Assembly: GCA_030819375.1 (NCBI GenBank)
Contig: GCA_030819375.1_4699.1
DNA: 38,456 bases
Origin: a phage
Reading direction: 5' to 3' (one strand)
Shown here in pieces: positions 1-8,349 of the stretch. The notes beneath the pieces were generated by a model that searched no databases, was not told the origin of the DNA, and worked only from the letters and a program-made list of their open reading frames with translations. Positions within the stretch are counted from its first letter, which is position 1. Each line of letters opens with the position of its first letter. The position numbers and the translations under genes are program-made.

Positions 1-44
1 ACTTTGCCCTCACTTCGTTCGTCGCTGCGGTAGCCTGATGTGTA

Positions 45-170
45 CCTTAGGTTATTCCTTGATGGATAGCTTAGGTTAGCCTTAGGGGGTTGCCTTAGTT
101 AAAGCCTTAGTGCTTCACTTAGTATCAGCTTAGTAGTGTACCTTAGTAAGTCTTAGTGTCTTCTCTTAGT
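45..170. repeat. Array of ~10 CTTAG/CCTTAG short repeats spaced ~11-13 bp (left-end repeat region)
   Basis: CTTAG begins at 46,70,81,94,106,118,129,142,152,165; further scattered copies to ~600; far above chance for a pentamer. Confidence 0.6.
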
Positions 171-400
171 GATTGCACATGTAAGCATGTAAGATGCCAT
201 TAGGTCGCGGTCGGTAGACCGCTAAAGAAGGAGAATAGTAATAAGATGCAGTAGGAGGAACACCAGAAGCCTAGCCAACCTAGCCTATCCTAGCTCTGTA
301 TCTATTGCTCTTCCTTAGTCTCACACGTTAGACAACCTATGTTTATCTTAGTAGTTGTGACATGTATCACATAAATAGTCTATCTTAGTGAAACTTAGTG

Positions 401-429
401 TTGACATAGGCAATCTACAGGTATACATT
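401..429 (+). promoter_or_regulatory. Candidate host sigma70 early promoter
   Basis: TTGACA (401-406), 17-bp spacer, TACATT (424-429); upstream of early genes, analogous to T7 A promoters. Confidence 0.35.
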
Positions 430-552
430 AGCAATCAGTCGGGAGCGACATTAAATACTTAGGGTGAATGATGGAGAGCGTCCTTAACTATCCGGCCTAG
501 CTACTGAAGCCGTTAAACAATGTTAACTAGTGGAAGATGGCGCAAGCATAAC

Positions 553-626
553 CTGCCACGATAAACCAAGGTTAGCGCAACGCTCTTTAACAACTTGCTT
601 AGTGTAACCTATGTATGCCGTGGTTA
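553..626 (+). promoter_or_regulatory. Putative RNase III-type processing hairpin in early transcript (copy 1)
   Basis: Imperfect long inverted repeat (ccacg...cgtgg, aggtta...taacct) enclosing CGCTCTTTAACAA (581-593); same motif recurs at 1208-1220. Confidence 0.3.
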
Positions 627-652
627 ATTACTTATTGAATGAGGAATTAACT

Positions 653-772
653 ATGAGTTTAGCAACGATGAGTTACGAAGAAATGTATGAAGTTTACTTC
701 AACTCCGCTGAGGGAGGCGAGGAAGTCTTATCTTATGCTGAGTTTGTGGAGGTTTATCATGATTCTGAATAA
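653..772 (+). CDS. Small acidic hypothetical early protein (39 aa), below ORF-track cutoff
   Basis: ATG 653 preceded by GAGGA with 7-nt spacing; ORF MSLATMSYEEMYEVYFNSAEGGEEVLSYAEFVEVYHDSE; first ORF after the processing-site-like hairpin. Confidence 0.4.
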   Translation: MSLATMSYEEMYEVYFNSAEGGEEVLSYAEFVEVYHDSE

Positions 773-914
773 CCGCGAATTATCCGTTCTCTTCACCTTG
801 TTATGCTATATGATACATAAAGGTGAGCTGCTCACTAATGATGAGCAAGCCTTGTATGCCCGATTCATCAATGACGGTTGGGTAGATAGCGTAAACAAGA
901 AGGAGAAAGCATAA
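759..914 (+). CDS. Hypothetical early protein (ORF track 687..914; start 759 preferred)
   Basis: Track ORF frame; ATG 759 has GGAGG 7 nt upstream, ATG 687 has no RBS; hydrophobic N-terminal segment. Confidence 0.45.
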   Translation: MILNNRELSVLFTLLCYMIHKGELLTNDEQALYARFINDGWVDSVNKKEKA

Positions 915-1138
915 TGTATCAGCATGAAGTGTTCTTCGAATCAGCTAGTGAAGCTCTCCGCTTCCATGATGATATGATGCAAGCTGGCGTAGGTGTTGAT
1001 GTGTATCACTATTTGATAGATTACGACACTGAATATCACCGAGTTACCTTAGTATCTGAGTATGACAACCAAGTCATTACTGAGTATCTAGGTAGTGAAG
1101 ATTACGATTACGATGAAGTAATCACGACAAATCTCTAA
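914..1138 (+). CDS. Hypothetical early protein (74 aa), acidic
   Basis: ATG overlaps upstream stop (taATG); GGAG RBS; ORF track. Confidence 0.55.
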   Translation: MYQHEVFFESASEALRFHDDMMQAGVGVDVYHYLIDYDTEYHRVTLVSEYDNQVITEYLGSEDYDYDEVITTNL

Positions 1139-1149
1139 ATTAACTATTG

Positions 1150-1262
1150 ATAACCACGGCATACAAGGTTACATTAAGCATCAAGACGGCGACGTCTTTA
1201 AACATCCCGCTCTTTAACAATAAGATTTGTGTCTTGATAGGTTAAACCTAGGAGATTCTCTT
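1150..1262 (+). promoter_or_regulatory. Putative RNase III-type processing site upstream of ocr (copy 2)
   Basis: CGCTCTTTAACAA at 1208-1220 followed by hairpin aggagattctcttgagtctcct; resembles the region upstream of T7 gene 0.3. Confidence 0.3.
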
Positions 1263-1308
1263 GAGTCTCCTATAGTGTAACCTAACTAACTAAATGAGGA
1301 TTAATAAC

Positions 1309-1662
1309 ATGGCTATGTCTAATATGACTTACTCTCAGGTTTACAACACCGCTCATGCTGCATTAGTTGAACGCGTATGGGATGATGCCATTGATTGTAT
1401 TGATAACGCACATGATGCAATCCATGAGGTAGCTGATAGTGCTGTACCAATCTACTATGCTGATATTTTCTCAGTGATGGCGAGTGATGGTATTGACCAC
1501 TTCTTCGAGGATTCTGGATTGATGCCAGACACTAAAGACGTAACGGTTGTCTTACAAGCCCGTATTTACGAACAGCTTACAATTGATTTGTGGGAACGTG
1601 TTCAAGATATGATTGACGCATACATAGACTCAGCCGAGGACTCAGAAGAAGAGGAAGAATAA
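1309..1662 (+). CDS. ocr: Ocr-like DNA-mimic anti-restriction protein (T7 gp0.3 homolog), 117 aa
   Basis: MAMSNMTY...[19 protein letters not shown]...[12 protein letters not shown]...[15 protein letters not shown], acidic C-terminus; near-collinear with T7 Ocr as recalled; GAGGA RBS before ATG 1309 (track start 1294 is probably too early). Confidence 0.9.
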   Translation: MAMSNMTYSQVYNTAHAALVERVWDDAIDCIDNAHDAIHEVADSAVPIYYADIFSVMASDGIDHFFEDSGLMPDTKDVTVVLQARIYEQLTIDLWERVQDMIDAYIDSAEDSEEEEE

Positions 1663-1768
1663 GGATGGAAAAGTTATATAACTTCACCTTTTCCGACGGT
1701 GTAACCCTGAAGTGTTCCTTGCGATTTGCACAAATACGTGAGGAAGTCCTAGGAACTACATACAAACT

Positions 1769-1790
1769 ATTTAGCTGACACTATAAGAGA
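1769..1790 (+). promoter_or_regulatory. Variant phage-RNAP promoter-like sequence (ATTTAGCTGACACTATAAGAG)
   Basis: Matches phage promoter consensus except A instead of G at the predicted +1. Confidence 0.4.
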
Positions 1791-1858
1791 AGGCTTAACA
1801 GGGCGTTACTTGTTAGCGCCCGATTAAGTTTATCTCAATAAACCAAATAGGCGACTAT

Positions 1859-2743
1859 ATGACTACTGAAAACATCCTCGTTTCTGTTCGTGAAGCTGCA
1901 ACCGCTGAAATCAAGCAACACTTAGACAATATCGGCACGTCTTACCTCCGTGTCGGCGCTTGTCTGAATGAGTTGCGCGGTGACTTTGAAGGTCAAAAAG
2001 ACTTTTTGGCTTATGTAGAAGCTGAGTTCGGCATCAAGAAAGCACAATGCTACAAGCTGATGAGTGTAGCCCGTGTCTTTGAAGGAGACGAACGCTTTAA
2101 AGGTGTGGCTATGCGTGTAATGTTGGCGCTTGTTCCTTTCGCTGATGAAAATATAATCATGGAGAAGGCCGCAGAACTTGCCGCAGATGGTAAGCTTGAC
2201 ACTAATGCCGTAAACGCCCTGATTGAGCCTAAGAAAGAGCCAAAATCCGAAACGGTACAACCCAAGGCTGAGCCTGTAAAACCGCAGGAGAACGCTACTG
2301 AGGCCGCAGAAACGCAGGAAACGCAAGCGCCGCAGGCAGTACCGCCAATGCGTGAGCCTGACACCGACGAATCTGCACCGTGGGAAGATGAAAGCAAGCC
2401 GGAAGCGCCTAAGGCCGCGCCACTGGATAACACGGCTAACACCGAGAATGCCGCTATGGCTGGCCTGTTGGCACAAATTAAGGCACTGACTGAGCAATTA
2501 CAGGCGGCTAACGATCGCATCGCTGCCCTAACTAGTGCACGTGAAAGCAAGAAGGCAGCCGCACCTATACTTCCTCAGTTCAAATCTAAATGTTTCTATG
2601 CTCGCTTAGGTTTGAGTGCGGAGGAGGCAGAGAAGAAAACAGCAGTAAACAAGGCTCGCCGCGAACTGGTTAAATTGGGGTATGGTGAAGGTCATGAGGC
2701 ATGGGCTTTAATCTCTGAGGCAGTAGAAGAATTAACTAAGTAA
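1859..2743 (+). CDS. Hypothetical early protein (294 aa) with a P/E/A/K/Q-rich low-complexity linker; in the slot T7 uses for gp0.7 but no kinase motifs seen
   Basis: Long ORF in the early region; structured N- and C-terminal parts flank an acidic/proline-rich central region. Confidence 0.7.
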   Translation: MTTENILVSVREAATAEIKQHLDNIGTSYLRVGACLNELRGDFEGQKDFLAYVEAEFGIKKAQCYKLMSVARVFEGDERFKGVAMRVMLALVPFADENIIMEKAAELAADGKLDTNAVNALIEPKKEPKSETVQPKAEPVKPQENATEAAETQETQAPQAVPPMREPDTDESAPWEDESKPEAPKAAPLDNTANTENAAMAGLLAQIKALTEQLQAANDRIAALTSARESKKAAAPILPQFKSKCFYARLGLSAEEAEKKTAVNKARRELVKLGYGEGHEAWALISEAVEELTK

Positions 2744-2800
2744 TCTTATCGGTGGCATCTTCTTAGGTGTCACCTATTAAGGTTTCTTTTAGGAGGACAG

Positions 2801-3176
2801 ATGAGACTTAACATAGAAAGATTTGGTTATAAGGTAGGCTCACATGGAACTATCTTAGGTAAAACAGGAAGACCATTAAGGCAGCATTCTAATGGTGTAG
2901 GTTATTTAGTTGTTCCACTCTTGATAGAAGGCAGAAGGTAGAAATTATGTTAACCACAAAGATGGTAATAAATGGAATAATAAGGCTACTAATCTAGCGT
3001 GGTGTACTAATCAAGAGAATGGCCTACATCATAGGAAAGGTTACATACCAAACATCCAAGAAATAATAGCCAATGCAATAGAGTTACATATGCAAGGTTA
3101 CTCCTATAAAGAGATAGATGCTCGATTAGGGATTTATAAAGGCGCTGCTAGGCGATACATTAATGGCATAAGATGA
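2801..3176 (+). pseudogene. Degraded HNH homing endonuclease (frameshift plus internal deletion)
   Basis: Frame 1 (2801-2941) encodes an N-terminal GY..G...GYLVV motif then stops; the +1 frame (2928-3176) encodes VNHKDGNKWNNKATNLAWCTNQENGLH plus a C-terminal HTH-like tail; the HRLVA..FIPNP segment present in the intact paralog 9556..10035 is missing. Confidence 0.55.
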
Positions 3177-3232
3177 TTATTTGAGAGTATCTAACATTAG
3201 GTACTCAATTAATAACCAATGGAGCCTGATTT

Positions 3233-5860
3233 ATGAAAGATTTATACGAAACCCAACTCATGTTAGAGGAAGAGATGTTCTCTGGTGGTATCCGTCGCTT
3301 TGAAGCGGACCAACAACGCCAGATTGCATCCGGTAATGAATCAGACACGGCATGGAATCGCCGCCTATTGTCTGAGTTAATCGCACCTATGGCTGAAGGT
3401 ATTCAGGCATACAAGGAAGAGTATGAAGGTAAAAGAGGCCGTGCACCGCGTGCATTAGCTTTCATTAACTGCGTAGAAAACGAAGTGGCAGCATATATCA
3501 CGATGAAAATCGTTATGGATATGCTGAACACGGATGTAACCTTGCAGGCTATAGCCATGAATGTAGCTGACCGCATTGAGGACCAAGTACGTTTTAGCAA
3601 GCTGGAAGGTCACGCCGCCAAATACTTTGAGAAAGTTAAGAAGTCACTTAAGGCAAGTAAGACTAAATCATATCGCCATGCGCACAACGTAGCGGTCGTG
3701 GCTGAGAAGTCAGTAGCTGACCGTGACGCTGATTTCTCTCGCTGGGAGGCGTGGCCTAAAGATACCTTGCTACAAATCGGGATGACCTTGCTAGAAATAC
3801 TGGAAAATAGTGTATTCTTCAATGGTCAGCCTGTCTTTCTTCGCACCTTGCGCACTAATGGTGGCAAGCATGGCGTTTACTACTTACAGACTAGCGAACA
3901 CGTGGGTGAATGGATAACTGCATTTAAAGAGCACGTAGCTCAGCTGAGCCCAGCCTATGCGCCTTGCGTGATTCCTCCTCGTCCGTGGGTGTCACCTTTT
4001 AATGGCGGTTTTCACACTGAGAAGGTGGCAAGCCGTATTCGTCTGGTTAAAGGTAACCGCGAGCACGTCCGCAAGCTGACCAAAAAGCAAATGCCAGCGG
4101 TTTACAAGGCTGTTAACGCCTTACAAGCTACTAAGTGGCAGGTTAACAAGGAAGTATTGCAGGTAGTAGAAGATGTTATTCGTCTAGACCTCGGTTATGG
4201 TGTACCTTCCTTTAAGCCGCTCATTGACCGCGAGAACAAACCAGCTAACCCTGTTCCTCTTGAGTTCCAGCACCTGCGAGGCCGTGAACTTAAAGAGATG
4301 CTAACGCCGGAACAATGGCAAGCCTTCATCCACTGGAAAGGTGAATGTACCAAGCTGTATGCCGCTGAAACTAAGCGCGGCAGCAAGTCGGCGGCAACCT
4401 TTCGCATGGTCGGGCAGGCCCGTAAATACAGCCAGTTTGACGCAATATACTTCGTGTATGCACTGGACAGCCGCTCACGCGTTTATGCGCAATCTAGCAC
4501 ACTCTCACCGCAATCAAATGACTTAGGCAAGGCTTTACTACGCTTTACCGAAGGGCAAACCATAAACAGCACTGAGGCGCTTAAGTGGTTTTTGGTGAAC
4601 GGGGCAAATAACTGGGGCTGGGATAAGAAAACTTTTGACGTGCGTACCGCTAACGTGCTGGATGGCGAATTTCAAGACATGTGCCGCGACATTGCAGCCG
4701 ACCCGCTGACCTTCACTCAATGGGTAAATGCTGATTCCCCTTATGGCTTCCTTGCATGGTGCTTTGAATATGCGCGTTATCTGGATGCACTGGACGAAGG
4801 AACGCAAGACCAATTCATGACGCACCTACCCGTCCATCAAGATGGGAGTTGCTCTGGTATCCAGCACTATAGCGCGATGTTACGCGATGAAGTAGGTGCG
4901 AAAGCAGTAAACCTTAAGCCTTCTGACTCCCCTCAAGATATTTATGGCGCGGTTGCGCAGGTTGTTATCCAGAAGAATTACGCCTACATGAATGCAGACG
5001 ATGCAGTGACTTTCACATCCGGAAGCGTCACACTTGCAGGTGCAGAACTGCGTAGCATGGCTAGTGTGTGGGATATGATAGGAATCACTCGCGGCCTGAC
5101 CAAAAAGCCCGTAATGACCCTACCTTATGGCAGCGCACGTCTAACCTGCCGTGAGTCAGTGATTGATTATATCGTTGATTTAGAAGAAAAAGAGGCCCAA
5201 CGAGCTATTGCGGAAGGGCGTACCGCCAATCCTGTACATCCTTTTGATAATGGCCGTAAGGACAGCCTGACACCTGGCGCAGCTTATAACTATATGACAG
5301 CTTTAATCTGGCCTTCTATTTCGGAAGTGGTTAAAGCTCCTATAGTGGCAATGAAAATGATTCGTCAGCTTGCCCGTTTCGCAGCTAAAAGGAATGTAGG
5401 CTTAGAGTATACCTTGCCTACTGGCTTCATCTTGCAACAAAAGATAATGGCGACAGATATGCTCCGCGTATCTACTTGCTTGATGGGAGAAATCAAGATG
5501 AGTCTACAGATTGAAACGGACGTAGTGGATGAAACGGCTATGATGGGCGCTGCTGCTCCTAACTTTGTGCATGGTCATGATGCCAGCCACCTTATCTTAA
5601 CAGTCTGCGACCTTGTTGATAAAGGGATTACATCTATCGCAGTCATTCATGATTCTTTCGGTACTCACGCAGGTCGTACAGCCGATCTACGTGATAGTCT
5701 AAGGGCAGAAATGGTGAAGATGTATCAAGGCCGTAATGCATTGCAAAGCCTGCTAGATGAGCACGAAGAACGCTGGTTAGTTGATACTGGAATCCAAGTG
5801 CCAGAGCAAGGAGAGTTTGACCTTAACGAAATCTTAGTATCTGACTATTGCTTCGCATAA
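3233..5860 (+). CDS. Single-subunit DNA-dependent RNA polymerase (T7 gene 1 family), 875 aa
   Basis: Length and C-terminal ...[13 protein letters not shown] resemble the T7 RNAP terminus (recalled ...NLRDILESDFAFA); conserved palm motifs; matching promoters throughout the window. Confidence 0.97.
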   Translation: MKDLYETQLMLEEEMFSGGIRRFEADQQRQIASGNESDTAWNRRLLSELIAPMAEGIQAYKEEYEGKRGRAPRALAFINCVENEVAAYITMKIVMDMLNTDVTLQAIAMNVADRIEDQVRFSKLEGHAAKYFEKVKKSLKASKTKSYRHAHNVAVVAEKSVADRDADFSRWEAWPKDTLLQIGMTLLEILENSVFFNGQPVFLRTLRTNGGKHGVYYLQTSEHVGEWITAFKEHVAQLSPAYAPCVIPPRPWVSPFNGGFHTEKVASRIRLVKGNREHVRKLTKKQMPAVYKAVNALQATKWQVNKEVLQVVEDVIRLDLGYGVPSFKPLIDRENKPANPVPLEFQHLRGRELKEMLTPEQWQAFIHWKGECTKLYAAETKRGSKSAATFRMVGQARKYSQFDAIYFVYALDSRSRVYAQSSTLSPQSNDLGKALLRFTEGQTINSTEALKWFLVNGANNWGWDKKTFDVRTANVLDGEFQDMCRDIAADPLTFTQWVNADSPYGFLAWCFEYARYLDALDEGTQDQFMTHLPVHQDGSCSGIQHYSAMLRDEVGAKAVNLKPSDSPQDIYGAVAQVVIQKNYAYMNADDAVTFTSGSVTLAGAELRSMASVWDMIGITRGLTKKPVMTLPYGSARLTCRESVIDYIVDLEEKEAQRAIAEGRTANPVHPFDNGRKDSLTPGAAYNYMTALIWPSISEVVKAPIVAMKMIRQLARFAAKRNVGLEYTLPTGFILQQKIMATDMLRVSTCLMGEIKMSLQIETDVVDETAMMGAAAPNFVHGHDASHLILTVCDLVDKGITSIAVIHDSFGTHAGRTADLRDSLRAEMVKMYQGRNALQSLLDEHEERWLVDTGIQVPEQGEFDLNEILVSDYCFA

Positions 5861-5868
5861 TATTAATA

Positions 5869-5899
5869 GGCCATTCCTTCGGGAGTGGCCTTTTCTTTT
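5869..5899 (+). terminator. Intrinsic terminator after the RNAP gene
   Basis: 9-bp GC-rich stem ggccattcc/ggagtggcc with UUCG tetraloop, followed by TTTTCTTTT. Confidence 0.8.
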
Positions 5900-5935
5900 A
5901 CCTACTACCGGTAAAAAATTTCATTAACATAAAGT

Positions 5936-5951
5936 GTCTCACATGTGAGAC
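5936..5951. repeat. GTCTCACATGTGAGAC palindromic hairpin element (copy 1)
   Basis: Perfect 16-bp palindrome immediately upstream of the promoter at 5954. Confidence 0.8.
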
Positions 5952-5953
5952 TT

Positions 5954-5976
5954 ATTTACCGGACACTATAGGATAG
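5954..5976 (+). promoter_or_regulatory. Phage-RNAP promoter (ATTTACCGGACACTATAGG)
   Basis: Matches the recurring consensus; predicted +1 G at 5971. Confidence 0.75.
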
Positions 5977-6117
5977 CCGTCGGAGACGGGAAAGAAAGGG
6001 AAGATAAAGGATATAAAAGGAAGTAATAGGTATTAAAGGTTATATAGGTTATCTAGGAATACCTATTACCTTCTTCCTTCCTCTTATTACCACTTAGAGG
6101 AAGGGCAGATCTAGGTT

Positions 6118-6133
6118 GTCTCACATGTGAGAC
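6118..6133. repeat. GTCTCACATGTGAGAC palindromic hairpin element (copy 2)
   Basis: Perfect 16-bp palindrome immediately upstream of the promoter-like sequence at 6139. Confidence 0.8.
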
Positions 6134-6138
6134 TTCGT

Positions 6139-6161
6139 ATTTACCGGACAGTATAGATAAG
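6139..6161 (+). promoter_or_regulatory. Variant phage promoter-like sequence (ATTTACCGGACAGTATAGATA)
   Basis: Consensus with C-to-G change in the CACTATA core; arranged in tandem with 5954 like the paired promoters at the T7 primary origin. Confidence 0.45.
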
Positions 6162-6186
6162 ACTAACTTACTTTGGAGATTTAACC

Positions 6187-6264
6187 ATGCGTAACTTTGA
6201 GAAGATGACCCGTAAAGCTAACCGTTTGACATGGAAGAAGGGCAGAAGAAAGGCAAGAAGTTGA
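6187..6264 (+). CDS. Small basic peptide (25 aa, MRNFEKMTRKANRLTWKKGRRKARS), T7 gene 1.1-like position
   Basis: GGAGA RBS 7 nt upstream of ATG 6187; below ORF-track cutoff; lies between the tandem promoters and the primase gene. Confidence 0.3.
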   Translation: MRNFEKMTRKANRLTWKKGRRKARS

Positions 6265-6284
6265 ATGCGTGGGAGTTCTAAGTT

Positions 6285-8273
6285 ATGGCTATTATTCAGA
6301 ATGTACCGTGTCCTGCTTGCCAAAAGAACGGACATGATATTACTGGCAATCATTTAATGATCTTTGACGACGGGGCAGGATACTGTAATCGTGGTCACTT
6401 CCATGATAACGGTAAACCTTATTACCACAAGCCGGAAGGTGGCATCGAGATAACCGAGTTACCTATTACTGGCAATATCAAATATACACCTTCTCAATTC
6501 AAAGAAATGGAGAAGGAAGGGAAGATAAGCGACCCTAAATTACGTGCCATCGCACTAGGTGGTATGCGTATGAAAGACCGTTGGGAGGTCATGAATGAGC
6601 AAGAAAGGGCAGACCAAGAAGCAGAGTGGAAACTTGATGTTGAATGGTTCCTCACGCTTAAGCGTAAGAACCTTGTTTCCCGACACATTCGCGGTGACAT
6701 TTGCGCATTGTATGATGTACGTGTCGGACACGATGAAGAGGGTAGAGTCACGCGGCATTACTATCCACGCTTCGAGCAAGGTGAGCTAGTAGGAGCTAAG
6801 TGTCGCACATTACCTAAAGACTTTAAGTTTGGTCATTTAGGTAAACTCTTTGGTATGCAAGATCTTTTCGGGATGAATACTTTGTCTCACGTGTTAGACA
6901 GGGGAAGACGAAAGGATTGCTTGCTTATTGTGGGTGGGGAACTGGATGCGCTAGCAGCGCAGCAGATGCTCCTTGATTCTGCCAAGGGTACTAAGTGGGA
7001 AGGTCAACCTTACCATGTATGGTCTGTTAACAAAGGGGAGTCTTGCCTTGAAGAGATTGTACAGAACCGTGAACACATCGCCCAATTCAAGAAGATTATT
7101 TGGGGCTTCGATGGGGATGAGGTAGGGCAGAAGCAGAATCAGCAAGCGGCTCGCCTGTTTCCTGGTAAATCCTATATCCTTGAATACCCCTCTGGTTGCA
7201 AAGATGCTAACAAGGCATTGATGGCTGGCAAGGCTAAAGAATTTGTAGATGCATGGTTTAATGCCAAGTCATCTGATGAAGTCTTTGGTAGCCAGATTAA
7301 ATCTATCGCATCTCAAAGGGATAAGCTCAAGGCTGCACGTCCAGAGCAAGGGTTATCATGGCCTTGGCCTAAGCTGAACAAGGTAACGCTAGGTATTCGT
7401 AAGAACCAGCTTATCATTGTAGGTGCAGGCTCTGGTGTAGGTAAGACTGAGTTCCTTCGCGAAGTGGTTAAGCACCTCATTGAAGAACACGGTGAATCTG
7501 TAGGCATCATTTCTACAGAAGACCCAATGGTCAAGGTGTCCCGTGCTTTTATCGGCAAGTGGATTGATAAGCGTATTGAGTTACCGCCAACCAACGATCC
7601 GAAAGAAGACGGATACCGTGAGGTGTTCGACTACACCGAGGAAGAAGCTAACGCTGCCATTGATTATGTGGCTGATACAGGGAAGCTGTTTGTAGCTGAC
7701 CTAGAGGGTGACTATTCTATGGAGAAGGTAGAGCAAACTTGCCTAGAGTTTGAGGCTATGGGCATTTCTAATATCATCATTGATAACTTAACGGGGATTA
7801 AATTAGATGAGCGTGCTTTTGGTGGGAAGGTTGGTGCACTTGATGAATGCGTCAAGCGGATTGGTACTATCAAAGACAGACATGCAGTTACTATATTCCT
7901 TGTATCACACCTTACACGTCCTCCGGCAAACCGTACCCAACACGAAGAAGGTGGCGAGGTTATCCTTTCTGACTTCCGAGGCTCAGGGGCTATCGGATTC
8001 TGGGCATCTTACGCCTTGGGGATTGAGCGTAACACAAGAGCTGAAACGCTTGATGAAAGAACTACCACGTACATCTCATGTGTCAAAGACCGCGACCAAG
8101 GTATCTACACCGGAACCAAGATCATGCTTAAGGGTGACATTCAAACCGGACGTTTGAGAGAACCTCAAGCCCGTACTAGGTCATTTGACACAGGCGAAGC
8201 AAGGCAACAAGAAGTGCCTGATTTACCGGACACTATAGAAGAGACTAACTTCGATGAAGAAAGTGAGTTTTGA
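6285..8273 (+). CDS. DNA primase/helicase (T7 gp4-like), 662 aa
   Basis: N-terminal Cys4 zinc ribbon (CPACQ...CNRGH), Walker A GAGSGVGKT, acidic C-terminus ending ...FDEESEF. Confidence 0.95.
   Translation: MAIIQNVPCPACQKNGHDITGNHLMIFDDGAGYCNRGHFHDNGKPYYHKPEGGIEITELPITGNIKYTPSQFKEMEKEGKISDPKLRAIALGGMRMKDRWEVMNEQERADQEAEWKLDVEWFLTLKRKNLVSRHIRGDICALYDVRVGHDEEGRVTRHYYPRFEQGELVGAKCRTLPKDFKFGHLGKLFGMQDLFGMNTLSHVLDRGRRKDCLLIVGGELDALAAQQMLLDSAKGTKWEGQPYHVWSVNKGESCLEEIVQNREHIAQFKKIIWGFDGDEVGQKQNQQAARLFPGKSYILEYPSGCKDANKALMAGKAKEFVDAWFNAKSSDEVFGSQIKSIASQRDKLKAARPEQGLSWPWPKLNKVTLGIRKNQLIIVGAGSGVGKTEFLREVVKHLIEEHGESVGIISTEDPMVKVSRAFIGKWIDKRIELPPTNDPKEDGYREVFDYTEEEANAAIDYVADTGKLFVADLEGDYSMEKVEQTCLEFEAMGISNIIIDNLTGIKLDERAFGGKVGALDECVKRIGTIKDRHAVTIFLVSHLTRPPANRTQHEEGGEVILSDFRGSGAIGFWASYALGIERNTRAETLDERTTTYISCVKDRDQGIYTGTKIMLKGDIQTGRLREPQARTRSFDTGEARQQEVPDLPDTIEETNFDEESEF
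8221..8243 (+). promoter_or_regulatory. Phage promoter embedded in the 3' end of the primase/helicase gene
   Basis: ATTTACCGGACACTATAGAAGAG; +1 G at 8238; encodes DLPDTIEE in frame. Confidence 0.65.
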
Positions 8274-8288
8274 TTAGTGTATTTATCA

Positions 8289-8320
8289 GGGCTTGTCTCA
8301 CATGTGAGACAGGCTCTTAT
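8289..8320 (+). terminator. Hairpin with GTCTCACATGTGAGAC core (copy 3), terminator or processing site
   Basis: 18-bp perfect palindrome 8294-8311 inside a ~12-bp stem with a G-U pair, followed by a weak T-run. Confidence 0.5.
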
Positions 8321-8349
8321 TAAGTACATTAAATAACTGGATATTGATT

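Noticed and set aside
226-251. Strong RBS-like AAGGAG followed by ATG at 246
   Set aside because: The ORF is ATG CAG TAG (two codons); not a gene.
173-383. Additional candidate sigma70 promoters near the left end (TTGCAC at 173, TTGTGA at 355)
   Set aside because: No acceptable -10 hexamer at 16-18 bp spacing; only the 401-429 candidate has both elements.
1266-1290. SP6 promoter-like sequence on the minus strand (AGTTAGGTTACACTATAGGAG) pointing leftward upstream of ocr
   Set aside because: Matches this phage's own consensus at only 5 of 10 upstream positions, including the likely specificity region; it coincides with the + strand hairpin of the putative RNase III site, so the resemblance is probably incidental.
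1922-2550. Minus-strand ORFs of 191 and 166 aa
   Set aside because: Antisense to the 294-aa early gene, produced by its repetitive GC-rich central region; no expression signals.
2764-2776. 13-nt palindrome TAGGTGTCACCTA upstream of the HNH pseudogene
   Set aside because: Single occurrence; cannot form a hairpin with a 1-nt loop; no supporting context.
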